DNA of 42,808 nucleotides from Candidatus Cloacimonadota bacterium (lineage in GTDB: Bacteria; Cloacimonadota; Cloacimonadia; Cloacimonadales; WRIO01): contig JAKQQL010000169.1 in assembly GCA_029564175.1 (NCBI GenBank), positions 1-42,808 of the forward strand, given 5' to 3'. A program made the position numbers and the translations under genes. Under the pieces are notes generated by a model. It was given only the letters and a program-made list of their open reading frames with translations, had not been told where the DNA came from and ran no database searches. Of this stretch, positions 9,661-18,323 are shown piece by piece. Positions within the stretch are counted from its first letter, which is position 1, and every line of letters begins with the position of its first letter.

Positions 9661-9756
9661 GATTTCTTTAGGGTTGAAAGCAGTGAGAAACTTATTCAAT
9701 GATATCCTCCTGCTGGTCATCGAGCTTGTTATCAGAGGATTCTGCCAGTTTTTTGA

Positions 9757-10563
9757 AAACAGATACAATTAGCTGGAGATTATTATATGGATAAGACAAC
9801 TTTTATTCCAGAACTGAAAAAAACCAGATTTGTATTTCTGATCCGTCCGCGCCGTTTTGGTAAATCATTATTGGTTTCCACACTTCAAAGCTATTATGAT
9901 ATCAAAAAGAAAGACCGATTTGCAGAATTTTATCATGATACCTGGATTCTTGAACATCCGACCGAAGAGAGAGCAAAGTATATGGTGCTCTATTTCAATT
10001 TTTCGGATATTTTGAAAGAAAAAGAGAAAATTCAGGAAGATTTTAATCTCTATTGTAACAAAGTAATAGATATCTTTTTGCAAACATATCGTGAGTATCT
10101 TTCATATGATCTCATACAAAAAATGAATAAAGACAGTTCTGCACATGAAAAATTGCGCACGTTTGTTATTAACCTTGTAGAATCAGAATACAAACTCAAC
10201 CTTTTCATCGATGAATTTGATAATTTTATTAATACCCTGCTGACTGATTTTGGTGAACATGAATATAAGAGAATCACACACAAGGCAGGTTATTTCAAAC
10301 AATTCTTTACCAATTTGGAATTTCTGACTTCAGGTACCGGCTCAGGTTTAGCAAGGCTTTTTAGTACCGGTGTCTCTCCTGTAACTATGGATGAGGCAAC
10401 CAGCGGTTTTAACATCATTGACAATATCAGTAATTCTTCTGCTTTTAATGCAATTCTTGGCTTTACTGAAAAAGATATCAATGAAATATTGGACTACTTC
10501 ATTTCAGTTGGAGAACTTAAAATTGAAAAAAAAAGCCATGGAAGTCATACTGGCTTATTGTGA
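9757..10563 (+). pseudogene. Truncated AAA-ATPase-like (AAA-ATPase_like / PD-(D/E)XK-associated family) gene
   Basis: DYYMDKT...RPRRFGKSL (Walker A), FIDEFDN (Walker B), TGVSPVTMDEATSGFNI. An in-frame TGA lies just upstream of KQIQLAGDYY. The ORF ends after a poly-A tract at about 260 aa with no nuclease domain. Confidence 0.75.
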
Positions 10564-10574
10564 GGAAGTTTTTT

Positions 10575-11460
10575 AGACACAGATTTGACCGATGAACACG
10601 GATATTTAAACAAAGAGGACATAGAGAACAAGAGATAAGCCAAAGAGAAGGAATGTTTTCTTTCTGCTTTAAATAATATTTTAGCACCAGAGACACTAAG
10701 AACACAAAGATATCATGTAAGAAGTAAAATCAGTCTGTAGGGGTGTACGAAACGCAGTGCCGTACATCCGAAAAAGTTAACCACAGAGAAATCAGAGAAC
10801 ACAGAGATAGTCGCTTCTAATTATGAATTGGAAATATTCTTTGCAATGAAAACAACGGTTTTTAAGTCAAATCTGCGGTATGTCAGGCAAGAAGCGTACG
10901 CATTTTTAACTCAAATCCCGTTTTCTACTTTGCGTATTTTGCGTAAATTACTACTTGCATCAAATTCGTGTAATTTCACCAATAATAACTCTGAAAAGGG
11001 TGACATTAATGTAGGGCTAGATATGAGTAGCCCATGGTTTTAACCATGCGGATTAGGCCCCCCCCTCATTTATCGCTCCGGAGGAGCTGAACAAAGTAAA
11101 TTTCCAATTTAACCACAGAGAAATCAGAGAACACAGAGATAAGCGCTTCTAATGATGAATTAGAAATATTCTTTGCGTACTTAGCGCTCTTTGCGAGAAA
11201 AACCTTTTTATGAATTATAAACCACGGATGAAACGGATAAACACGAATGAGATGACCTTCGGTCATATGATAATTTATGAATTTTATTATCAATATGCCG
11301 GCACAAGTAATAAAAGCGACCAGCTTATCATCTTGAGCGAAGTGCTATGCGTAACGCAGTGAAGCAAAGAACGATCTCCTTGATTACTACTTGAATCAAA
11401 TTTGTGTAAAATATCTCACCATTAATAACCCTGAAAAGGGTGACATTATTGTAGGGCTTT
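10575..11460. repeat. Cluster of short repeats: ~9-bp-period triplet motifs, two duplicated ~70-bp blocks and REP-like hairpins
   Basis: Duplicated blocks 10777-10844 / 11109-11176 and 10947-11018 / 11383-11458; triplets such as accacagag-aaatcagag-aacacagag and accacggat-gaaacggat-aaacacgaat; GTAG-led hairpin at 10737-10769. Confidence 0.75.
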
Positions 11461-11522
11461 TCAGTTGTTGAACAAATTATAGGATCATCAGAAAAGCCTG
11501 AATTTTCTGATGACAATTATTA

Positions 11523-11551
11523 TTGACAAGAATTTAAGCGCATTATATTTT
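11523..11551 (+). promoter_or_regulatory. Putative sigma-70 promoter
   Basis: TTGACA-17 nt-TATTTT, about 35 nt upstream of the AAA ATPase start. Confidence 0.45.
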
Positions 11552-11586
11552 GGATTGGATATGGATTGTTCATAAAGGAGCATAAA

Positions 11587-13254
11587 ATGAAGTTCTTTAA
11601 TACAGCCGGACCTGTTAATCAACCTGAACATTATAAAGTTGATCCTTTACATCGTTGGAATCTGGAGGAAATACTTGTACTAATTGAACAAAAAAAGTAT
11701 TTTATCCTTCATGCCCCCCGACAAACCGGAAAAACAAGTTCAATGCTCGCTTTACAGGAATATTTGAATCAGGAAAGTAAATATCTTGCAATTTATGTCA
11801 ATTTTGAAGTGGGGCAAGCCAGCAGAAACGATATAAAATCATCCATTAGAGCGATAGTCACTGAACTGCTAAATAATGTAAAAGCCTTGTTAAAAGATGA
11901 TTTTGATTTTAATAAAGCATTAGATCTATTTAACCAAATTGAAGCAGAAAATGGACTAAATTCAGTTTTATCGTATATAACTGAAACGGTAAGTAAACCA
12001 CTTGTACTGTTTATTGATGAAATCGATTCTCTTGTTGGAGATTCCTTAATATCAGTACTAAGACAACTTAGAACCGGATATACCAAACGCCCTGCTTCTT
12101 TCCCGGCTTCCATCATTTTATGTGGTGTCAGAGATATCAAAGATTATCGAATTCAGACCAGCGGACAGGATATTGTTACCGGCGGCTCTGCATTTAATAT
12201 TAAAACAAAATCATTGAGATTAGGCAATTTTTCAAAAGAAGATGTCATTAATCTTTACACTCAGCATACGGTTGAAACCGGTCAGAAAGTTGATGAATCA
12301 TGCTATGATCTGGTGATGGATTATACGGATGGTCAACCTTGGCTGGTGAATGCGCTTGCACAGGAAGTCACTTATGAAATGGCTGAAAACAGAGACCCTT
12401 CTATCACCATTACCCCTCAAATGATGGAAATTGCCAAAGAAAGACTGATTTTGTCAAACGAGATACATTTAAATCAAATTGTAAATAAACTTGAAAAAGA
12501 TTGGATGACAAGAATCATCCTTCCTATGATTTTAGGAGATGATACAGAACAGCTCCCATTTGATATAGATAAATGTATTGAACTTAATTTATTAAAATAT
12601 CAAAATAAAAAATTTAAAATCGCAAATCCGATTTACAAAGAAATAATAATAAGAAGACTTTTTGATTTGCCTTATGATAGTTTCTTTTCTATATTCAGGC
12701 CTGTTTGGATCAATACTGATGGCAGCATCAATGTCAAGACACTGCTAACGCTTTTCAAAGATTTCTGGAATGAAAATACAGAGTTACCAGGTACTGATAT
12801 TAAAGCCTATAATGATGCTACACCTTTATTAGTAGCACAGGCTTTTTTACAGAGAATTACAGATGGAAAGGAATGTAGAACAATTTACCATCATGTTGAT
12901 ACTAATCATTTTAAGCGAAATGGTATTGGTTTAATTTCCAGGGAATACGGGCTTTCTAAGAAAAGAACTGACCTGATGCTTAAATGGCAGTATGAAAAAG
13001 AAGGACAACTCTGCATTCAGAATGTTGTAATCGAACTTAAAATAATTCATCAAAAACTTAACTATCAAAAAGTACTAAATGAAGCATTGGAGCAAACAGC
13101 TACCTATGCTAAAATCTGCGGTGTTAAAGAAGCCAATATACTCATTTTCGATCGGGATAAAAGCCAAAACTGGTCAGCTGATGAACCCAATGAGCAGATT
13201 GAATATGAAGGTTTTACACTGGAAATCTGGAAGCTGGGTAATGCTGAGTGGTAA
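11587..13254 (+). CDS. AAA-family ATPase with C-terminal PD-(D/E)XK-like nuclease domain
   Basis: MKFFNTAGP start after AAGGAG; HAPRQTGKTS (Walker A), LFIDEIDSL (Walker B), GGSAFNI, TDGQPWLVNALA; C-terminal REY...RTDL...VIELK...Q...Y. Confidence 0.85.
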   Translation: MKFFNTAGPVNQPEHYKVDPLHRWNLEEILVLIEQKKYFILHAPRQTGKTSSMLALQEYLNQESKYLAIYVNFEVGQASRNDIKSSIRAIVTELLNNVKALLKDDFDFNKALDLFNQIEAENGLNSVLSYITETVSKPLVLFIDEIDSLVGDSLISVLRQLRTGYTKRPASFPASIILCGVRDIKDYRIQTSGQDIVTGGSAFNIKTKSLRLGNFSKEDVINLYTQHTVETGQKVDESCYDLVMDYTDGQPWLVNALAQEVTYEMAENRDPSITITPQMMEIAKERLILSNEIHLNQIVNKLEKDWMTRIILPMILGDDTEQLPFDIDKCIELNLLKYQNKKFKIANPIYKEIIIRRLFDLPYDSFFSIFRPVWINTDGSINVKTLLTLFKDFWNENTELPGTDIKAYNDATPLLVAQAFLQRITDGKECRTIYHHVDTNHFKRNGIGLISREYGLSKKRTDLMLKWQYEKEGQLCIQNVVIELKIIHQKLNYQKVLNEALEQTATYAKICGVKEANILIFDRDKSQNWSADEPNEQIEYEGFTLEIWKLGNAEW

Positions 13255-13325
13255 TTTATTTCAGTATCGGACTCTTATGAAAACTGACAATATTCAGTAT
13301 CTTGTGGTTTATGTAACAGTTGGGG

Positions 13326-13674
13326 TTTAATGATTCGATGCTGATGCGTTTTTATTCAGTTGATCCTGCAGAAGAACAGGCAAGGCCTTACACTTATTGT
13401 GCGAATAATCCTGTGATGTTTACAGATCCAAGTGGGTGTTTTGAAAGATTATCAGTTAAAAACTTCAGTTGTTGGACAGTTTATAAATATTTCTAACATA
13501 TTTGATCTTGTTCAATTATTGGGTGGTAACATAAGAAATAGGGAACAATTTAATGCAATCAATCTTGACTTAACTAATCAAGTAGAAAACAATAATATGA
13601 CTGGACCAATCCAGTCACATTCTATACAAAATGAAGATTTCGTTATAGAAACTGTAGATACAATAATACCCTAG
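13326..13674 (+). pseudogene. RHS/YD-repeat-associated core remnant plus degenerate C-terminal (toxin) segment
   Basis: 13344-13436 translates to MRFYSVDPAEEQARPYTYCANNPVMFTDPSG, the RHS core PxxxxDPxG signature. That frame stops at 13496; an overlapping 80-aa frame (13432-13674) ends just before the next gene. Confidence 0.75.
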
Positions 13675-13687
13675 AATTGGAGGACTC

Positions 13688-14239
13688 ATGTATCGATTAT
13701 TAATACATTTTATAATGTGTATGTCAATATTTTTTATAGGGGCTTGTAGTCTGATTTATACTCCTACTCATGAACTTGATAAAATTAAGGAGAAAGACAT
13801 TATTTCATTTCTTGATTCTTTAAATAGCAATACAGCCCTCGAAGTTAATTATCCAGATTCGTTAATAAAAAGAAAAAAGCTAGATAAATTTATTGTAGGA
13901 GATCATATGCTAGAATTTAGATATGATTCATCTGTTGTGTTTTATAATAATCATTTTATATATTTTTATACTTCTCCTGATAATGGGTTATATAATATAT
14001 TTTCATACTGGATTTATCATAATATCTTTCCAATGTTCTATGATATAATAATTTATGACATTAATAAAGGCAGAGTAATTTATCATTATCACATAAAAGG
14101 GGAGTTACGCAGTATTCATATTAAAGATAATTACATATATGTTAAAAACAAGAATGGTTATTATAAATTGAAATTAGAAATATATAATGAAAATTATCCT
14201 GTTGATAGAATAAAAGTTAAAAATTATTACTATCCTTAA
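13688..14239 (+). CDS. Hypothetical lipoprotein, putative immunity protein of the RHS remnant
   Basis: GGAAGGA RBS; signal peptide ending in IGAC; Tyr/Ile/Asn-rich and very AT-rich; lies immediately after the RHS core/C-terminus. Confidence 0.6.
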   Translation: MYRLLIHFIMCMSIFFIGACSLIYTPTHELDKIKEKDIISFLDSLNSNTALEVNYPDSLIKRKKLDKFIVGDHMLEFRYDSSVVFYNNHFIYFYTSPDNGLYNIFSYWIYHNIFPMFYDIIIYDINKGRVIYHYHIKGELRSIHIKDNYIYVKNKNGYYKLKLEIYNENYPVDRIKVKNYYYP

Positions 14240-14406
14240 ATATGTAATTAAGGTAGATGCTGTTAGGCACAGTATTAATTGGTACATAATCGGCAGTTTA
14301 AATTGACACAAATCATATGACCCTTCGGATGTCATATTGAAAATAAAGAGATGTACCACCAAATTAAAGCACATGAATATTTTCTCTCTACACTCCCATC
14401 TCCTTA

Positions 14407-15184
14407 GAGGCTGTGCAAAAAAAAGAGTTCCGAAGGAACGAAAGAATCCTAGCCCTGAGCGTCAGCTCTGGGTAAGAAGGGACCACACAAGCAGAGCCCC
14501 GTCAGGGGCGAAAGAAAAGAAAGGAGATGAACATGTCGAATACTTTTACCCAATTGTATGTACATGTTGTTTTTGCTACAAAGGTCAGAATGAATCTGAT
14601 CAAACCAGAATACCAAAAACAAATATATGAATATATAGCAGGGATTATTAAACATTCAGGTAGTTATCCCATTCTGATAAATGGTATGACAGATCATGTT
14701 AATTTTTTATTCAGATATAAGGCTGATTGTAATTTGTCATATTTGGTCAGAGATATTAAATCAGGTATTTCCGGGCACATCAACAAGAATGGCTGGGTTG
14801 CAGGTAAATTTGAATGGCAATCTGGTTATGGTGCTTTTTCTGTAAGTCGTTCAATGGTGGATAAGGTGTATCATTATATAGAAAATCAGGAAAAACATCA
14901 TGAAAATAAATCATTTACCGAAGAATTTATTGAATTATTGGAAGCACATGGAATTGAATACAATAAAGATTATATTTTTCATGCGATTGATTAACTATTC
15001 TGCCACACCTACGGCGCTGAATTTTGGATTGGACACATACCCAGGGCTGGCGAGTCTGTGCAAAAATGCTGGTTTTATTCTGTCGCACCTACGGCGCTTG
15101 ATGTGTAACTGACTATTTCCCCGTGGTTTCACCACGGGCTAGGATTCTTTCGTTCCTCCGGAACTCTGGTTTTTGCACTGACTC
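14407..15184. mobile_element. 778-bp HUH-transposase element bounded by 49-bp inverted repeats and TTA flanks
   Basis: 14407-14455 and the reverse complement of 15136-15184 match at 44/49 positions; TTA lies on both outer sides (14404-14406, 15185-15187); several internal hairpins. Confidence 0.75.
14533..14994 (+). CDS. tnpA: IS200/IS605-family (Y1 HUH) transposase, RAYT-like; HUH motif altered
   Basis: MSNTFTQLYVHVVFATK, NGMTDHVNFL (usually DHVH), VRDIK, FEWQSGYGAFSVS, YIENQEKHH (catalytic Tyr). AAGGAG RBS 6 nt before ATG 14533. Confidence 0.88.
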   Translation: MSNTFTQLYVHVVFATKVRMNLIKPEYQKQIYEYIAGIIKHSGSYPILINGMTDHVNFLFRYKADCNLSYLVRDIKSGISGHINKNGWVAGKFEWQSGYGAFSVSRSMVDKVYHYIENQEKHHENKSFTEEFIELLEAHGIEYNKDYIFHAID

Positions 15185-15455
15185 TTATGCACCTTGTTGT
15201 CTATATGGCATTTCTTCAGAATTCTAACTATCCCATGCAACACATTGTTGATTGTCTTTTCTTTCCTGTTTCATTCTTCTTCCTTTCCTGCTCAAATTCT
15301 CTTCAAGTCATTATAATAATGGTAAAAATCCAGGAAGGGACTAAGAATATGTTAATAAGGTGTATTTGAGTTTTCTACAGGATAGAAAAGAAAATATATT
15401 GAGAATCTTTTTGCTTTTGAAAGAAATATGATTATATTATGAACAGGAGAAGAGA

Positions 15456-16007
15456 ATGAAAGTGTTTTTTAAGCAGAAAAAGCATGACTATCCTAAGAAA
15501 GTCGGAGATTTGAGTCTTGCCTGGTATGCTGGCGGAAATGTTTGTATTGTCAGACGAAAAGCTGACAGACTCCTTCAGAAACAGAACCTGACTATCATAC
15601 AGATTAATCAGATTACGCGTATGATTTGGGAGAAATTAGCACATTCATTTAAAAAAGACTTGGCAAAGTATGCACACCTCTATAAAAAACAATACCCTGG
15701 ATTAAGAAAAAGAGGTATTTCATCATATGCAGTTTTTTTGATGATAAGTCATTCACTGGTTAGAAGATTTTCATTGAATATCAGCGATTCAGCGTATTGT
15801 TCTGATTTATTGATTGCTTTTTTAAAAAATATGACAGTTAAGAAAGCGATTGATTTAAGACTACTGAAAAAGGTAAATCGCTACTACTGCCTGAATCATG
15901 AAAACAGCTTTCAGATATGTATTATAATAGATTGTTACCCATTGATTTCTACCAAAATAAAAGATGAAATACAAGTAAAAAATGAATCCTTTATCAATAC
16001 ATCCTAA
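15456..16007 (+). CDS. Basic hypothetical protein
   Basis: AGGAG RBS; 183-aa Lys/Arg-rich ORF convergent on flgH; no motif I can assign. Confidence 0.6.
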   Translation: MKVFFKQKKHDYPKKVGDLSLAWYAGGNVCIVRRKADRLLQKQNLTIIQINQITRMIWEKLAHSFKKDLAKYAHLYKKQYPGLRKRGISSYAVFLMISHSLVRRFSLNISDSAYCSDLLIAFLKNMTVKKAIDLRLLKKVNRYYCLNHENSFQICIIIDCYPLISTKIKDEIQVKNESFINTS

Positions 16008-16021
16008 ACAATTACAAGTAA

Positions 16022-16588
16022 TTAGAACAGGAAATTGAATACCCTGGTGATGAATCCTACTTTACTTGCTTCCTGAACAGTGCCTTTGCCTTTATAAGAA
16101 ATCTGGGCATCAGCTATATTATTGGAAGAAACGGTATTATCTGAGCCGACATCCTGAGGTCTGACAACTCCTTCAAGTGAAGTGATCTCTTCTTCTCCGT
16201 TGATTTTAACAGATTTTGACCCTTTGATTATCAGGTTGCCATTATTGTCAATATCAACTATTCTGACTGTCATATTCGCTTTTAATGAACCTTCACGAGA
16301 TGTATTCGCATCGCCTTTACTGGTATTGGCAGCTGATGCACCTAAACCAGACAGAGGGATAAAATCAAGCGGACCCTTACCTGCTTCTGTGTTGAATGAA
16401 TGGTTAAAAGAACGGTCTGTTTGAGATTTTGCACCAGATTTTGCACTGCTGGATTCCGATATCAGAACAGTCAGAACATCGCCTACTGTAAAGCTTTTAT
16501 GATCAGAGTACATAGAAGGAATTGCAGAGAATAACTGTGTTGATAACAACGTAATTGTGATTAATGCGATTAATTTTATAGATTTCAT
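16022..16588 (-). CDS. flgH: Flagellar L-ring protein
   Basis: SMYSDHKSFTVGDVLTVLISE, NGNLIIKGSK...INGEEE, GVVRPQDV...NTVSSNNIADAQISYKGKG. Confidence 0.9.
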   Translation of the reverse strand: MKSIKLIALITITLLSTQLFSAIPSMYSDHKSFTVGDVLTVLISESSSAKSGAKSQTDRSFNHSFNTEAGKGPLDFIPLSGLGASAANTSKGDANTSREGSLKANMTVRIVDIDNNGNLIIKGSKSVKINGEEEITSLEGVVRPQDVGSDNTVSSNNIADAQISYKGKGTVQEASKVGFITRVFNFLF

Positions 16589-17523
16589 TTTTCCTCCAGA
16601 TAAATAGCAGCTGTATTTTTATCGACAACCTTTGCATTGAAAAAACGTTTGGTATCCTGATTTTGCAGAGTAACCTGTTCACCCATCCAGGCATCGTTTT
16701 TAGCAAGGGCGTTATATTTCATGTTGAAGTTTTTTCCAATGATATTCACTACAACCACATCAGACTTTCGTATAAGCGGCTCGCTTCTGATATCTGAGGT
16801 TGTGATGATTTTACCTTTTGGGCAATAAGCAGAAGCAACACTTTCCAAAATTTCCTGATAACTGAGTTTATACTTGTTGGTCAGCATTTCTCTGACATAA
16901 TTTAATTCCAGATCTTCAGCTGTAAAACGATCACTTAATTTCTTGCTGTTTTTGAGTTTATAAACTTCATAAGTTTTGTAAAGCTTTGCATTGATAGTAT
17001 ATTCATCTGTTTTTTGATCAGGATATTTTACCTGTAAAGATAAAATCATTCTGCCACTCAACTGCATGCTTGGATTCGACTTAACTGATAATGTATATCT
17101 TTGATTTTTGAGTTTGATGACAGGTGGTTTTATCAGCTCAATCTCAGTTGTTTCATCAGCTTTTAACTGCTCAATAATATAGTTTTTGACAGTTTTAAAT
17201 ATCTGCTCTTCAGCTAAAATACTATTCTTAGGGTAAATTGTAACTAACTGACCCTGAATACTATATTGATTGATATGTTGATTTTGTAAAATTTGGTTGA
17301 TTTGTTTAACTGACAAGTTTTGAAACTGGCGTCCATTCTCCAGACTTATAATCTGAACAGAAGAAATGCTGTTTCTGACAGCTATGTCCAGATCAGTAAG
17401 TTCGACCAGATCTGATAAATAGATTTCTGTTTGGTCTGTATAAACAGCAGACTTGAGTTTTAACACTTCTGCATGCAACAAGCTTAACGAAAACAGAAAG
17501 ATTACTATCAGATTACGGTACAT
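16585..17523 (-). CDS. flgA: Flagellar P-ring formation chaperone
   Basis: Signal peptide; IYLSDL N-domain; C-terminal PLIRKSDVV...ALAKNDAWMGEQVTLQNQDTKR (SAF/FlgA); sits between flgG and flgH. Confidence 0.8.
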   Translation of the reverse strand: MYRNLIVIFLFSLSLLHAEVLKLKSAVYTDQTEIYLSDLVELTDLDIAVRNSISSVQIISLENGRQFQNLSVKQINQILQNQHINQYSIQGQLVTIYPKNSILAEEQIFKTVKNYIIEQLKADETTEIELIKPPVIKLKNQRYTLSVKSNPSMQLSGRMILSLQVKYPDQKTDEYTINAKLYKTYEVYKLKNSKKLSDRFTAEDLELNYVREMLTNKYKLSYQEILESVASAYCPKGKIITTSDIRSEPLIRKSDVVVVNIIGKNFNMKYNALAKNDAWMGEQVTLQNQDTKRFFNAKVVDKNTAAIYLEEK

Positions 17524-17525
17524 GA

Positions 17526-18314
17526 TTACCTCTTCAGATTAGTTGCGATTTCAAGCATGGATTCAGCGGTACGAATGGATTTTGAGTTGACTTCATAACC
17601 TCTCTGGGCAACAATCATATTGACCATTTCTTCGACAATTGCCACATTACTGACTTCAATATAGCCTTGCTGTAACTGACCCATATCGTCTGTAGCCGGA
17701 TTGTTTGGCATTGCTTCCCCTGATGATACAGTTTGCTGATAACGGTTACCACCGACGCTTTTTAAACCGGCTGGATTGATAAAACGATTGATTTGAATTT
17801 GTCCAACCTGAACAGGAGATTCTTCATTATATAATTTTGCCATAACGATACCGTCGGGGCTGACAGAAATTGATTCTGTATCTGCAGGGAAAGTGATATC
17901 CGGCTCAAGGAAATGACCATCGGATGTTACCATCTGACCCAATTCATTCATTCTAAATGCGCCGTCTCTTGTGTAAAAGACCTGCCCGTCTCCTCTTCTG
18001 ATCTGGAAAAATCCTTCTCCATCAATTGCCAGGTCGAGAGAATTATTGGTATTCGTCAGGTTACCCTGAGTAAAGACTTTGTATGTCGCAACAGGTTTAA
18101 CACCGGCACCAATTGATAATTCAACCGGTTTGCTGGTAGATGCACTGGTTACCGTACCAGCTTCATCAATGGTTTGATAAAGCAGATCCTGAAACTGAAT
18201 CTGAGACTTTTTAAAACCGTTTGTATTGACGTTTGCCAGGTTGTTGGAAATGTTATCTATGTTAAGTTGCTGAGCATACATACCGGTTGCTGCTGAGTAT
18301 AAAGTACGAATCAT
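17526..18314 (-). CDS. flgG: Flagellar distal rod protein
   Basis: MIRTLYSAATGMYAQQ...NNLANVNTNGFKK, FQDLLYQ, DLAIDGEGFFQI, YTRDGAF, SNVAIVEEMVNMIVAQRGYEVNSK; 262 aa. Confidence 0.95.
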   Translation of the reverse strand: MIRTLYSAATGMYAQQLNIDNISNNLANVNTNGFKKSQIQFQDLLYQTIDEAGTVTSASTSKPVELSIGAGVKPVATYKVFTQGNLTNTNNSLDLAIDGEGFFQIRRGDGQVFYTRDGAFRMNELGQMVTSDGHFLEPDITFPADTESISVSPDGIVMAKLYNEESPVQVGQIQINRFINPAGLKSVGGNRYQQTVSSGEAMPNNPATDDMGQLQQGYIEVSNVAIVEEMVNMIVAQRGYEVNSKSIRTAESMLEIATNLKR

Positions 18315-18323
18315 TTGTTACTC

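Noticed and set aside
10777..11458. Diversity-generating retroelement TR/VR pair
   Set aside because: Neither copy is in a credible CDS, the differences are not confined to adenines in one copy, and no reverse transcriptase is present.
10391..11516. Short ORFs (61-75 aa) in the repeat patch
   Set aside because: They are translations of repeat motifs or of the pseudogene's shifted frame, with no clear RBS or protein motif.
14337..14655. 97-aa (+) and 68-aa (-) ORFs overlapping the tnpA left end
   Set aside because: They run through GC-rich hairpins and the tnpA frame, so they are most likely shadows.
9369..15400. Prophage or integrative element
   Set aside because: No integrase, structural or replication genes, and no att-like flanking repeat or tRNA was seen.
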